64,000 bases of DNA from a virus. Shown one piece after another: positions 44,919 to 54,849 of the stretch. The stretch spans positions 32,001 to 96,000 of IMG/VR virus record IMGVR_UViG_3300025598_000024; one strand, given 5' to 3'. The translations under genes were made by a program, and so were the position numbers. How positions within the stretch are numbered: position 1 is the stretch's first letter; the number at the start of each line of letters is the position of its first letter. The notes under the pieces are model-generated. The model was not told the origin of the DNA and did not search any database. It saw only the letters and a list, made by a program, of their open reading frames with translations.

Positions 44919-47375
44919 TTATCCAAAAGAAGCACGGCTTGTAGTGGTCTGTGGTGCAGAGTTCCCATTCGTACTATCATTCTTGTTCTTTACAAGGATT
45001 GACAATAATTTATCAAGATGAGGTTGCTTGAATGCAACTTCTACAGCAAGTGCTGCTGCTTGGCCACCAACTGCTCCTGCTGTCTGACTTGATAAAGATG
45101 TTAATGCCTGAGTGCTAGCGCTAGCCATTGCTTGTGCTGATGCATGGTTAGAAGAAGTTGCAGAAGGGGATGGCACTGTTGTTGTCCCACCACTGGATGA
45201 ACCTGTTGTCCCACCACTGGATGAACCATATGAACCATCTGCTCTAGTTGGGTGGTTGCTAGCACTCATCGGTGCACCGTTATAAGTACCATTACCTGTA
45301 ACAGATCCACTAACTGTATTAAACTTACCTTTAGCCTGTTGGATCTGCTCAAATACATACTGTGTTGCTTCATATGGCCCCTGGATATTAATACCCATAC
45401 CCTGCAACACACCCATAAGAACATTGGCGTACTGATCAAGCTCATGCACGCTCTTAACAGTCATGAGATCTCTGCCAACACTGTTTGAAAGCATCTTGAT
45501 AATGCTGCCACTGTACATATCAATAAATTTGTTGGCACCAGAAGCAGTGCCCATCATCTTCTCACGGTAAGCATACATCTGATTATAACTTATACCAAGC
45601 TGTTGTGACATCATTGCCATTCCGAACTGACTGTTCATCAGGTCCTGACCAGTCAGACCAGTTCCGGCAAGAGCTGGGTTGCTGCCAGTAAATTTATTAG
45701 CTATCCTGCCAGCTGCTCCACTGGCACTAGTGCTACCACCCCACTGCATAAAACTACCCTGTGCAGCAATTCCAGCAGTTTGTCCTGCAGCAGTGTTAAA
45801 GTATGAGCCATTCGAGTTAGCTGTATTCCGCATTGATTGAATCATTGCAGCAGTTTGTGCTGGGTTCATGCCAACCTGCTGTAGTGCACCGATTGCCTGC
45901 GCTGTCTGACCCTGTGTCATACCATTCTGTATTTGCAGAGACTGAGCGGCATTCTGATACTGACCTAGCAGGTCTCCACGATAACCCAAGCCAATGCCAG
46001 CATTCTGTGCTTGCTGAGCATTACCAAAGCTGTATGTTGGGTTTAAACCACCCCATGAACGTACTACATTATCCATGAAGTTTCCTGCACTCCTACCATA
46101 GTCAACGTTTCCGTATCCCTGGGCTTGGTTCTGTGCGTAGCCTGTCCCTACCCTCACCATGCCTGCAACCTGATTGGCTAGCTGGTATGCATTGTAGGCT
46201 GTTCCAAGACCACCACCTATCTGGCCAAGAGTTAGGCCACCCTCTCTTTTACCAGTGTCAGGGTTTACTATTCCACCTATAGAATAGCCACTAATGCTAT
46301 TAGCTATGCTCAGATTTCGATCTAGCTTTTTCATAACATTATAGATTAATTCTTCTGAGCTACCTTTTTGTAGCGGCCCACCACTACGGTCCCTACCAGC
46401 ATATGCATTAGCAAATCCGGCTGCTGCTTTATCTCCGGTACCCATTATTTCTTTAATGGCTGCTCTGACATCATCACGATTACCGAACATCTCTTTTTTC
46501 ATGAAGCTGCCGAGTGAGCCACCAAAGCCACGGGTACCCAGTATCCTATCGATCTGTCGTGTACCCTGATCGTATGCATCCAGAGCTGACATGTGGACGC
46601 CAGTGTTTCTGAATCCATACTTGTTTTGTATGTTAGAGAAGTTTTCTTTTAGTGCTTGCCTTGCGTTGTTGAATGCATCGGTAGCAGGGTATATCATTGT
46701 TGATGTAGCAGTTCGTCCACCGCCTTCTACAAGATGTAGCGCATGGCTGCCAGGCTCTGGTATGCGAATATCTCCATAGCCAGGTGCTTTACGCGGACCG
46801 TGCTCAGCGTCATCATAGTGTATTTCTTCAGGAGGAACTGATGTCCTACCCGCAGCGTCTCTGGTCGCTGCTCGTGCTCTTGCCTTGAGATCCTTTAAAG
46901 GGTCATTGATACTAAGGTCTACAGCGTTCTGTTCAGAACGGGTTGAAGCATGCTGACTTTCAAATGATTGCCTCTTCCTTGCATCAGCAAGGAAGTCGTA
47001 TACCATGCTGCCGGTGGACCCACCAAACGTTGAAGTGGCAGATGATAGGGCTCTGTTAACATCGTTGAAAGTTCCACCCTGTTTGATGATACTTGTGGTC
47101 ATCTCACGTATAGCCTGTAGGTTATTATTCAGAGCAGACTGGTTAGCTTCATTCATTGCACCAATAAGGCCAAGGATCTCTTTCATCTGACCCAGAAGGT
47201 TTACGTTCTCTTGGAAGAACTCAGCAAGTTTTGAAGCACGATCAAGCACGCCGCCAAGAGCATCGCCCATAGCCTGGAAGTCTTTTGCTGTTTGAGAAGC
47301 AGCAGACTCCAGGCTCGACATAGCATCAGCTGCACCGTTGGCATTAACAGTGATGTTAAAGACAATCTCTGGCAC
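44919..47375 (-). CDS. tape measure protein
   Basis: Long helical A/G/Q/M-rich ORF directly after the frameshifted chaperone pair. Confidence 0.7.
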   Translation of the reverse strand: MPEIVFNITVNANGAADAMSSLESAASQTAKDFQAMGDALGGVLDRASKLAEFFQENVNLLGQMKEILGLIGAMNEANQSALNNNLQAIREMTTSIIKQGGTFNDVNRALSSATSTFGGSTGSMVYDFLADARKRQSFESQHASTRSEQNAVDLSINDPLKDLKARARAATRDAAGRTSVPPEEIHYDDAEHGPRKAPGYGDIRIPEPGSHALHLVEGGGRTATSTMIYPATDAFNNARQALKENFSNIQNKYGFRNTGVHMSALDAYDQGTRQIDRILGTRGFGGSLGSFMKKEMFGNRDDVRAAIKEIMGTGDKAAAGFANAYAGRDRSGGPLQKGSSEELIYNVMKKLDRNLSIANSISGYSIGGIVNPDTGKREGGLTLGQIGGGLGTAYNAYQLANQVAGMVRVGTGYAQNQAQGYGNVDYGRSAGNFMDNVVRSWGGLNPTYSFGNAQQAQNAGIGLGYRGDLLGQYQNAAQSLQIQNGMTQGQTAQAIGALQQVGMNPAQTAAMIQSMRNTANSNGSYFNTAAGQTAGIAAQGSFMQWGGSTSASGAAGRIANKFTGSNPALAGTGLTGQDLMNSQFGMAMMSQQLGISYNQMYAYREKMMGTASGANKFIDMYSGSIIKMLSNSVGRDLMTVKSVHELDQYANVLMGVLQGMGINIQGPYEATQYVFEQIQQAKGKFNTVSGSVTGNGTYNGAPMSASNHPTRADGSYGSSSGGTTGSSSGGTTTVPSPSATSSNHASAQAMASASTQALTSLSSQTAGAVGGQAAALAVEVAFKQPHLDKLLSILVKNKNDSTNGNSAPQTTTSRASFG
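45180..45227. repeat. 24-bp tandem duplication (GSSSGGTT x2) in TMP
   Basis: tgttgtcccaccactggatgaacc twice. Confidence 0.9.
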
Positions 47376-47377
47376 GG

Positions 47378-47815
47378 CTAATCACCAATCAGGTCAATAT
47401 CGATATCATCAAACATGTCTATAGACTGTATCTGCTTGATGAATTCCATATCTTCTTGCTTTTCCTTTTCTGACTTTGTTGACTTAACCTGTTCATCAAT
47501 ATCTGAGAACAGCTTTAGCAGCTCGTTGGCTTCTTCAACACTCTCTGGTGTTACCCAGGTAACTCCGCTGTTGCCGCTGTCAGCTTCATCCTGCTTTTGC
47601 TTGATGTACTCATTGTACATAGCAGGATTATTGATCATCATCATCTGTTCGAACTTTCGCAGTTCATCTTCAGAATCTTTAACCTTATTGCGGTGTATAA
47701 CAGCAAACAGCAACTGCTCTTGAACCATATTAAGATCAGTCTGGTTCAATATGCCACGCAGATATGCTACCTCTGCACGCTCAATAACATAAGGATCTAA
47801 TTCCCATCTTTTGGG
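47378..47815 (-). CDS. tail assembly chaperone -1 frameshift extension (GT-like)
   Basis: Open -1 frame from the slippery site: KRWELDPYVIERAEVAYLRGILNQ... Confidence 0.8.
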   Translation of the reverse strand, partial: PKRWELDPYVIERAEVAYLRGILNQTDLNMVQEQLLFAVIHRNKVKDSEDELRKFEQMMMINNPAMYNEYIKQKQDEADSGNSGVTWVTPESVEEANELLKLFSDIDEQVKSTKSEKEKQEDMEFIKQIQSIDMFDDIDIDLIGD

Positions 47816-48288
47816 ATATCATTAGTTTCCTCATCAGCAAAGATACTGTTGGTGGCGACTGTCTGCAAGATACCCAGTTCGCCCAAAACGACTATTGCCT
47901 TATCCTCTAGCCGCTGAATCTCATCGTACAGTATCTCTACAACAACGTCATACCAGTTTTGCGTGACATAATCAAACTTTTGCTTTAATGAGTTGACACT
48001 CTTAAGTGAAGGAATAAGAGGCCGATCATCAACGCTAACTAGACCTGCTGCTACCGTAGCTGATTTCCAGGCACGGTTAAAACCAACACTATCAAGATAT
48101 GGTTTTGTGATCAGGCTGACTTCAATCTTTTCGTTGATAGTAAGAGTCTTAACAACGAACTTATGAAAGGGGATCTGGGTTACCTCACTCTGTAGGTAAC
48201 CCAGGAACAGCAACCCCTCGAATTCATCCTTCCAGGCGTCTGGGAAGGTTGAAATATTTTCTGTCTCTTCAGTGAAACTATTTTCCAT
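47797..48288 (-). CDS. tail assembly chaperone (G-like)
   Basis: F.GLLFLGYL...HKFVVKTL; position upstream of TMP. Confidence 0.8.
   Translation of the reverse strand: MENSFTEETENISTFPDAWKDEFEGLLFLGYLQSEVTQIPFHKFVVKTLTINEKIEVSLITKPYLDSVGFNRAWKSATVAAGLVSVDDRPLIPSLKSVNSLKQKFDYVTQNWYDVVVEILYDEIQRLEDKAIVVLGELGILQTVATNSIFADEETNDIPKDGN
47809..47815 (-). promoter_or_regulatory. -1 programmed frameshift heptamer C CCA AAA
   Basis: X XXY YYZ in the zero frame three codons before the chaperone stop; -1 slip enters the next ORF frame. Confidence 0.82.
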
Positions 48289-48343
48289 GATTCCTCTGGT
48301 CTAGGGTGCGATACACTATTATATCGCACCTACCCTGGGCGTA

Positions 48344-49351
48344 CTAGTTCTTGTTGAGGACTCGTACGTATGGCTTCTTTACTCTGCGGCTACGGATGTC
48401 AACACTGGCGTAGTACTGACCATTAGTTCCGCTGACAGCAGTGGTAAGAGTGGTACCGAACACGTTGTTGGCCAGTGCACTGCCAGTGACAACGTTGCTG
48501 CTACTTACAACAGTGGCTTGTGGTGCGAACGTCTTGGCTGCACCAACACCACTGGTCATGTCAACACCGACTGTGCTACCAGCTGCAGTGCCGCTTGGTA
48601 CAACAACGTTGGGGCAAACACCCTCGATCTGTACCCAACCAAAGTTACCTGTTGGGATACTGACCAGAGCAACTCCAGAGAATCCACCCTGCTTGGTACC
48701 GATAGCAGTAACGTAGCCACCCTGCGTGCTGGTTCCACTTACGTTGCTGCTGACGTTGTATGGTGTACCGATAGCATCTTGTGTGACCAGGTAGGTAGCC
48801 CCACTTGCAACCGTGATGTAACGGTTCTGCTCGTCGTACCATACTGTTGCCCAGCCACCGCTAATGGTGCTGGCAGTTCCGTTGTAAGTCAGTGCATAGC
48901 GAGCACCGTCAGGACCAACCAGTGTCTGGTTTGCTGCAGCACCGCTAAGCGTGGCTGCTGGCAGACCAATACCAGTGTTGCTACCAGCTGTACCACCAGC
49001 GTCATACCCCTGAGCGGCAAAGCCTGCGATGCTGAACGAGCTCAGGTTAGGACTTACCTGGGTGAGCAGGTTATTGAAGCTGATTCCGCTGCCAGCAGCC
49101 TGCAGGTTAAGACCATTAGAGGATTGTGCGAGCACGAATGTGCCACTAGCAGTAGTTACGCTACCGGTTCCAGTGTCGTCCAGGTTGACGTTAACAACCT
49201 TGATGATATTCTGGCGAGCACCCAGGCTGATCTTGCTGAATGTCTCTGCGTCTACTGTGTACTGAACACCTGGAAGCATCTTTCTGTGGTCAGGCAGGAT
49301 AGCTTGACCGACTCCAGGTTGTAGCTGAATTACAAATGAACGAGCAGCCAT
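48344..49351 (-). CDS. virion structural protein
   Basis: Between tube and chaperone; GWVQIEG; SG-rich. Confidence 0.55.
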   Translation of the reverse strand: MAARSFVIQLQPGVGQAILPDHRKMLPGVQYTVDAETFSKISLGARQNIIKVVNVNLDDTGTGSVTTASGTFVLAQSSNGLNLQAAGSGISFNNLLTQVSPNLSSFSIAGFAAQGYDAGGTAGSNTGIGLPAATLSGAAANQTLVGPDGARYALTYNGTASTISGGWATVWYDEQNRYITVASGATYLVTQDAIGTPYNVSSNVSGTSTQGGYVTAIGTKQGGFSGVALVSIPTGNFGWVQIEGVCPNVVVPSGTAAGSTVGVDMTSGVGAAKTFAPQATVVSSSNVVTGSALANNVFGTTLTTAVSGTNGQYYASVDIRSRRVKKPYVRVLNKN

Positions 49352-49367
49352 TTTATGTTACCTTTCC

Positions 49368-49841
49368 TTAGAGGAGTTCTTTTCTTGAACGATATACGAT
49401 ACGGATAGTCTTTGGGATTGTCATGCTCTGGATGTTGATCTGCTCATCGATAGTTACGTTGGTTACAACACAACCCTGATAAACAATCTTACGTTGTGTG
49501 CCATCTGGCTTGTTGATAACCTTTACACAGGTTACTTCACCCTGGGCCAGCTGAGCTTTGAATACATCCAGAAGGTCACTAGCAGTAGAGAAATTCCCAC
49601 CGAGCTGTGCCCATACTTCGGCATTCCATTGTTCCAGGAACATGATTTCTAGAGTCCCAGCACTCAAAGCGATTGGGAACGCAATCTCGATTGGGTATGG
49701 GCTGTCTAGAGGTTGAATAGGCTGAGGTTGCTGAACAGGCTGTGGTCCAACCTCACTGATCATCTGTGCATAAATCAGTGGCTGACCATTGTATACAAAG
49801 GCTGTATACCCACCACCTACACGGAATTTTGAATTAGCCAT
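49368..49841 (-). CDS. tail tube protein
   Basis: RVGG.GYT.F..G..L, IQPLD..YP.EI, E.WN..VW, Y.GCV; follows sheath. Confidence 0.8.
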   Translation of the reverse strand: MANSKFRVGGGYTAFVYNGQPLIYAQMISEVGPQPVQQPQPIQPLDSPYPIEIAFPIALSAGTLEIMFLEQWNAEVWAQLGGNFSTASDLLDVFKAQLAQGEVTCVKVINKPDGTQRKIVYQGCVVTNVTIDEQINIQSMTIPKTIRIVYRSRKELL

Positions 49842-49849
49842 GTGTTCTC

Positions 49850-51385
49850 CTAGTAGACTACGAAGTTGCTCTGAGCGTTACCATAAACTACTTGACCGGT
49901 CTGCGTGTTAAGGCTGACATTGGCCTGGATGTAATTGATTGGGAACGTCGGTGCATATTGGAAGCTGACAGTAATTGTTGTAGGCGTAGCTGGATTGACT
50001 GCGAAGCTAAGGTTCTGATAGCCCTGAATCAGGCCATTGCTCAGAGCATTAGTAAGAGTCGCCTGTACAGTAGCCAGTGCAGCAGCACTTGTATTCTTTG
50101 TGAGAGGCCCACCAACCAGATAACTGTTGATCAGGTCAGTCCTTACAAGCTGTGCCAGTCTGTCACCAATTGCACTGATGGAAATCTCTTGTGTCAACCA
50201 GTTTTGTACATTGGTGGTTAGCCCATGCAGTACCCAGAAGTTTCCATCTGTCTTCTTGCGAACAACAAGAACTCCATAAGGCAAATAACTTGTCTGTGCA
50301 TCTGTCAGGTTGATCTGGTTGGGGATGTCATTGAAACCAAGCACCTGCTTGTTGGTGATTGGCGTGCTGATGTCCGGCTGCTGGCCTACAAACAAACCAG
50401 CTAGTGCGGCAGCAACATAGTAACCAGCAATGTTAATTGTAGCGTTGCTCAAACCGTTTGTGGTGTTAAGACCAGGATTAAAGTTAACTACAGGAGGGTA
50501 GATAACGCTAACTCTGGAACTGTTAAAACCATTGGCAAGAGCCTGGTAACTAGCTACTGTGGTCTGAGCATTGGTGCCATCTACACCCAGGAAAGCTCTC
50601 TGATAGATACCATTGTTAGCCTGAGTGTTGATGTAAGAGTTGATAGCATAAGCTACAGTACCTGCAGTTACACCGGTGATAACACCACTGGATGTAAGTG
50701 AGTTGAGAGGTACAATAACATCAGCAGCAGTGTTGGACAGGTAGATTGGGTTGCTACCGCTAGTGGCTACAGTCAATGTGTTAGCCCAGTCACTGGGTTG
50801 AGCAGAGCCACTGTTCGATACACGAGCTACTGGTACGATACTTACAATACTAGCGCCGTTCTGGAACGCTAACTGGCTTGCAAGAACTGCTGGGTTGACG
50901 ATAGTTGTACCACTGATTGCTGGCCCAATAGCACTGGATACAGCGTTCTGGCTGGTGTACCTACCGTATGCCCCCCAATTGTGACCGTACTGTAAGGTTA
51001 GCGTGCCACTGGGAAGTGCGTTAACTCCAGTTGCTGTAACACCAACTGTTGTAAGGGTGCTGATGCCGTTAGCAGTACTAATATTAAAGTTGTATCCGTA
51101 TGTTCCTGTTACAGTCGTACCGCTAATGCCGCTAGCCCAGGTGAGAGTAAACCCTGAATAGCTAGCATAAGTACCGGTCGATGTGGTGTTTACCGTGGGA
51201 ACAGTCAACTGACCTAGTGGGATACCACTGGTTGGAACTGGTGCATAGAAAGTATCAGTCTGACTACCTGGAGTGGGCTGGTCAGCTACAATAGCGATGC
51301 TAAGGCTGGTGGGGCTAACGCTGGTCAGCGCAGATGTTGTCTGCGTTACATACACACCAGGCACTTGGTAGTTAGAAATAGGCAT
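49850..51385 (-). CDS. tail sheath protein
   Basis: Y..PGVYV, AFQNGA, AAALAG, HGLTT..EISI, F.YAP.FPINYI. Confidence 0.9.
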   Translation of the reverse strand: MPISNYQVPGVYVTQTTSALTSVSPTSLSIAIVADQPTPGSQTDTFYAPVPTSGIPLGQLTVPTVNTTSTGTYASYSGFTLTWASGISGTTVTGTYGYNFNISTANGISTLTTVGVTATGVNALPSGTLTLQYGHNWGAYGRYTSQNAVSSAIGPAISGTTIVNPAVLASQLAFQNGASIVSIVPVARVSNSGSAQPSDWANTLTVATSGSNPIYLSNTAADVIVPLNSLTSSGVITGVTAGTVAYAINSYINTQANNGIYQRAFLGVDGTNAQTTVASYQALANGFNSSRVSVIYPPVVNFNPGLNTTNGLSNATINIAGYYVAAALAGLFVGQQPDISTPITNKQVLGFNDIPNQINLTDAQTSYLPYGVLVVRKKTDGNFWVLHGLTTNVQNWLTQEISISAIGDRLAQLVRTDLINSYLVGGPLTKNTSAAALATVQATLTNALSNGLIQGYQNLSFAVNPATPTTITVSFQYAPTFPINYIQANVSLNTQTGQVVYGNAQSNFVVY

Positions 51386-51457
51386 ACAATCTCCTTCAAT
51401 GCTTTGTACAACAAACAGCTGCTTTTACAGTGTTGGTTGAGAGATATTTGGTTAAAC

Positions 51458-52126
51458 TTATGATGTAGTCGTCTTGGTAGAGTCGTAAAACAGCTCGCTT
51501 GGCACATAGGCAGTGCCGCTTGTAACAACCTCTGTAATCTGTGGCACTTGGTAGTCATATTTACTAGTGTAGAAGTCACCAATGCAGCTTATTCTTACGC
51601 TAGCCTCATAGGTGATATCATCAGTGCTCCAAGGAGTACCGCTTGTGATGCTGTCACCCAGCGGGGTATAGGTATCGGGCTGCAGTGTCATACCAACAAG
51701 GTCATTGTTGTATATGCTGTTGTAGAATGCTGAGCTTGCCGGACTGCTACCGTTCATTAGTATAAGGTTTGTTATACTATCCCACAGTCTGTCTCGCTCT
51801 TCGCTATGCATGGCCATGATCTGTAGATCTATGCTGCCTTCAAAATAACCAGTACGAGTTACATTGTCTGCGGGATATGTTTGACCATTGATGACAATTC
51901 CATTTGTATCTGTGCTGTATACATCTGGCTGCAGACCAGACCACTGGACTTTCCCAGGTCTGAACTGCACAAGCACTGCTGGCCACTGAATAACTTCCAG
52001 CGGATAATTAATCGTGATGCTGTTGGGCACAAGATCCAGGCTGGTATTAACAGGAGAGCTCGCCAGTTGCTGGAACCCAGCATTAAGTGCTTCTACTATT
52101 GCTGTTTTAACGGCTGTTACAAACAT
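51458..52126 (-). CDS. tail completion/terminator protein
   Basis: Upstream of sheath; YP....WPA..VQF, F.G...L.I.A..S.ERDRL.D. Confidence 0.6.
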   Translation of the reverse strand: MFVTAVKTAIVEALNAGFQQLASSPVNTSLDLVPNSITINYPLEVIQWPAVLVQFRPGKVQWSGLQPDVYSTDTNGIVINGQTYPADNVTRTGYFEGSIDLQIMAMHSEERDRLWDSITNLILMNGSSPASSAFYNSIYNNDLVGMTLQPDTYTPLGDSITSGTPWSTDDITYEASVRISCIGDFYTSKYDYQVPQITEVVTSGTAYVPSELFYDSTKTTTS

Positions 52127-52647
52127 TAGTAGGTCTTTCGCCCAGCATTGATAATATTATTAATGGTTTCACCAAGCTTGGTTTCTTGAATAATCCTGAC
52201 GGGGTCATCCACAGTCATGCCGCGTTCCCACTCTTGTGTGCTTCTTTCTACAGCACGCTCGATAAAGAATTGACCAGGCTCAGCCTGTTTTATCCATAGT
52301 GGCTTGCCATCTGTCAGGCTGCCATCGTCGGCAGATCTGGTTATGATGGGTAGCCTACCGACATCATTGCGGTTTATTCTTCTAAACGCCAGGCTGCCAT
52401 CAGCTTCACGAATAGGAATAACACGATCAGAAACAGTTGTGATAGGCCGCTCTGGCTCTCCCTGATCGTACTTTAAAATGTACTGTGCGCTCTCTGGCAC
52501 AACAATATCTACGATGCCATCCTGCCAGCTGGGCATGATCTGGTTGACTGCGTTAGCAGTCTTTTTAGGTGCAGTTGTTTTGATGATCTCAACAGCACGC
52601 CTGGATATTTTCTGTGTTTCACTGGCTGGTAATGGTATGTTGTTCAT
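52126..52647 (-). CDS. neck / head-tail joining protein
   Basis: APKKT, PGQFFIERAV; position. Confidence 0.5.
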   Translation of the reverse strand: MNNIPLPASETQKISRRAVEIIKTTAPKKTANAVNQIMPSWQDGIVDIVVPESAQYILKYDQGEPERPITTVSDRVIPIREADGSLAFRRINRNDVGRLPIITRSADDGSLTDGKPLWIKQAEPGQFFIERAVERSTQEWERGMTVDDPVRIIQETKLGETINNIINAGRKTY

Positions 52648-53327
52648 ATTATCGGCACGTTATAGTATGGGTGTGTGGTTGGCAGATTGTAAAGCGTAGT
52701 GAACTGATTGACTATTTTTGTTGTGTCATAGCTGATCCCTGGACCAGTCCTGACAGTTTGAACGTTAACTGAGCTCACTTCAAAACGGTCACCCAGCGCG
52801 GTTGGTGTGTCACCATCCCAGGAGAGCACTCTGACCAGCAGATCGCCAACCCGGATCTCTGGATACCATGACATCTGAACAGTTGGATTGTCTCGCCAGA
52901 ACTGACCGGTGCTGATGTTGGCGCGGATCTGTGGAGTATCCGCAGCCAGTGTGTACAGGTGGTAGCAGGTTGTTTTGAAACCACCATTGAATGTGGTGCC
53001 ATAGCAGTTCGGGCAAAAGCTATTGCCTGACTGCTTATAAACATTGCTCACACGAGACTGTACAGAAGCATTGGGATTGGTAGGATCAACACTGTCCTGG
53101 CACTGCTGACAGTAGCCAACCAGACCCAGCGCAGCATCTTCTGCACGCCAGAGCTGTCTTACAATAATCTGTTCACCGAACCACTGCAGAGTCTCGTCAT
53201 GAAAGCGCTGCTGATTAATCTCAGCATAGATATCTCTTTGCTTTACTACAAGCAAAGGGCTTTCTTTCTGGTAGTAAAGATCTCCCTGCTGCACTGGTGG
53301 CAGTGGAGATGGGTCAATACCAGACAT
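52644..53327 (-). CDS. head-tail adaptor/closure protein
   Basis: C..C...CPNCYGTTF.GGF, P.IR.GD. Confidence 0.6.
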   Translation of the reverse strand: MSGIDPSPLPPVQQGDLYYQKESPLLVVKQRDIYAEINQQRFHDETLQWFGEQIIVRQLWRAEDAALGLVGYCQQCQDSVDPTNPNASVQSRVSNVYKQSGNSFCPNCYGTTFNGGFKTTCYHLYTLAADTPQIRANISTGQFWRDNPTVQMSWYPEIRVGDLLVRVLSWDGDTPTALGDRFEVSSVNVQTVRTGPGISYDTTKIVNQFTTLYNLPTTHPYYNVPII

Positions 53328-53330
53328 TGT

Positions 53331-53957
53331 TTATACGCCACCCATGTTAGCTGCGAACTCAGCGACTTCATTTTCCCAAACCACGCGGGCGGACCAACCC
53401 TGCTCTGCATACCAATCAATAAGATCTTGCGGGTTCTCGCCGCGATGCCAGTAGGTTCCCCAAACTTCTACAATCTCACGGGTGTCACGTTTAACATAAT
53501 CGGGAATATGTACGCCAACTTTAGGGTTACCAATAAAGTAACGTTTATCCTGTGTGCTAACGTAGCCAAGTGGTTCTAATACCGGCTTTAGAGAAAGCTC
53601 TACTTTAGAAGATTTGTTGTTCGAGCCATAGACATTAAGAAACTTACCTTCCTTATGAAGGCGAACATTCTTTTCAGACATCTTCTTGCGAAAACTATAA
53701 TCATATTTATGCTTTGCTAGGCGCTTAAGGTTGCGTGCACGCTGTTCTTCAAACGTAACTGTGCGGATATAATGCCCTGCAACGAAACGATTTTGGCGAT
53801 ACTTATTTGTTCTAACAGTTTCACCACAACCACAACCGCATAAAACTTCACGGTCCTGGCATCCTGGGCATGTTTTACGGTCTGGACCACCACGAGTTTT
53901 AATCTGTTCTTTTTTTTCTTTACAAACACGGCACACATATTGGAGAGTAACTGGCAT
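53331..53957 (-). CDS. Vsr/DUF559-like (EDxHD) homing endonuclease
   Basis: CGCGCG..FVAGH; SKVE..L, PDY..IVEVWGTYWH, VVWENE. Start MPVTL with GGAGG RBS; AT-rich. Confidence 0.8.
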   Translation of the reverse strand: MPVTLQYVCRVCKEKKEQIKTRGGPDRKTCPGCQDREVLCGCGCGETVRTNKYRQNRFVAGHYIRTVTFEEQRARNLKRLAKHKYDYSFRKKMSEKNVRLHKEGKFLNVYGSNNKSSKVELSLKPVLEPLGYVSTQDKRYFIGNPKVGVHIPDYVKRDTREIVEVWGTYWHRGENPQDLIDWYAEQGWSARVVWENEVAEFAANMGGV

Positions 53958-53958
53958 A

Positions 53959-54849
53959 TTAAACTCCTCCAAGGTTGGCTGAAGCGTACTGAAAATGCGG
54001 CCTTGCTGGATTGATAAACATTCGTGGGATAAGACCACCAGCAACCAGCAGGCTTCGCTTGCTTCCTACCATGAAGCTACGCTTCATCTGACGCAGCTGC
54101 TTGTCAGCGATTTCCTTGTCGAACAGATATAGCTGCCACCAGCGTTGGTAGTAGTCACGACGATCCATCCAGGCAGCATTCATACCGTTGGGTGTGGGCT
54201 GCTCGATGTAGTTACGAGCGATGTGTTTCAGAAAGTGAGCATAGGTCTGGCTGGCCAGAACGCCGTACCAGTTACTGGGGAAGATCACCGCAGCATTAGC
54301 ACCTATCTCATAGGCTGGATTGAATACTGGTTGAAACTCAAAATTGATATAGTCAATGGCTTCTGTGCTCATTACCATGGCAACTTCTTCGTACATCAAG
54401 AAACCACTCTGCTGCATCTCCTGCAGGTAAGGGCCACCACTGGTGCTGTCAAAACTTTTGTCCAGTCGGTGTACTATTCCTGCTGCCAGCTGACGCTCAT
54501 CATAACTCAGATTGCTCCAGTATGGCATCTGATCTGTTATGACCAGTTGATCAGTGTACTGCCTGTCACTGCCATTCACTGTGTATTGCCAGTTGACGTT
54601 ATAGTTGCCCTGGATAGCAGTCTGTGAGCTGTCCAACATATACTGGAAGGTCCCAGTAGATTCTTGAGTAGCGTATGTGCCACTGGGAACTATTGTCAGA
54701 CTACCGTCAGTGCTGGTTATGCTCAGACTTACATCAGGAAAAGTATTACCGCTCACCGTGATAAGATCAGGGTCAGTTAGAACCCCGTTAGAATAGGTCA
54801 TTATACCAACGGGTTCTACTGCATACTGTGGGAACGGACGTACTCTCAT
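53959..54849 (-). CDS. head-tail connector/neck protein
   Basis: DS..GGPYL, HIARNYIEQP, DRRDY.QRW. Confidence 0.6.
   Translation of the reverse strand: MRVRPFPQYAVEPVGIMTYSNGVLTDPDLITVSGNTFPDVSLSITSTDGSLTIVPSGTYATQESTGTFQYMLDSSQTAIQGNYNVNWQYTVNGSDRQYTDQLVITDQMPYWSNLSYDERQLAAGIVHRLDKSFDSTSGGPYLQEMQQSGFLMYEEVAMVMSTEAIDYINFEFQPVFNPAYEIGANAAVIFPSNWYGVLASQTYAHFLKHIARNYIEQPTPNGMNAAWMDRRDYYQRWWQLYLFDKEIADKQLRQMKRSFMVGSKRSLLVAGGLIPRMFINPARPHFQYASANLGGV

Noticed and set aside
48305-48330. 9-bp inverted repeat around TATAAT upstream of the chaperone gene; also short IRs at 56292-56314 and 61585-61602
   Set aside because: Real but short; no shared motif or U-tract to distinguish terminator, operator or chance.
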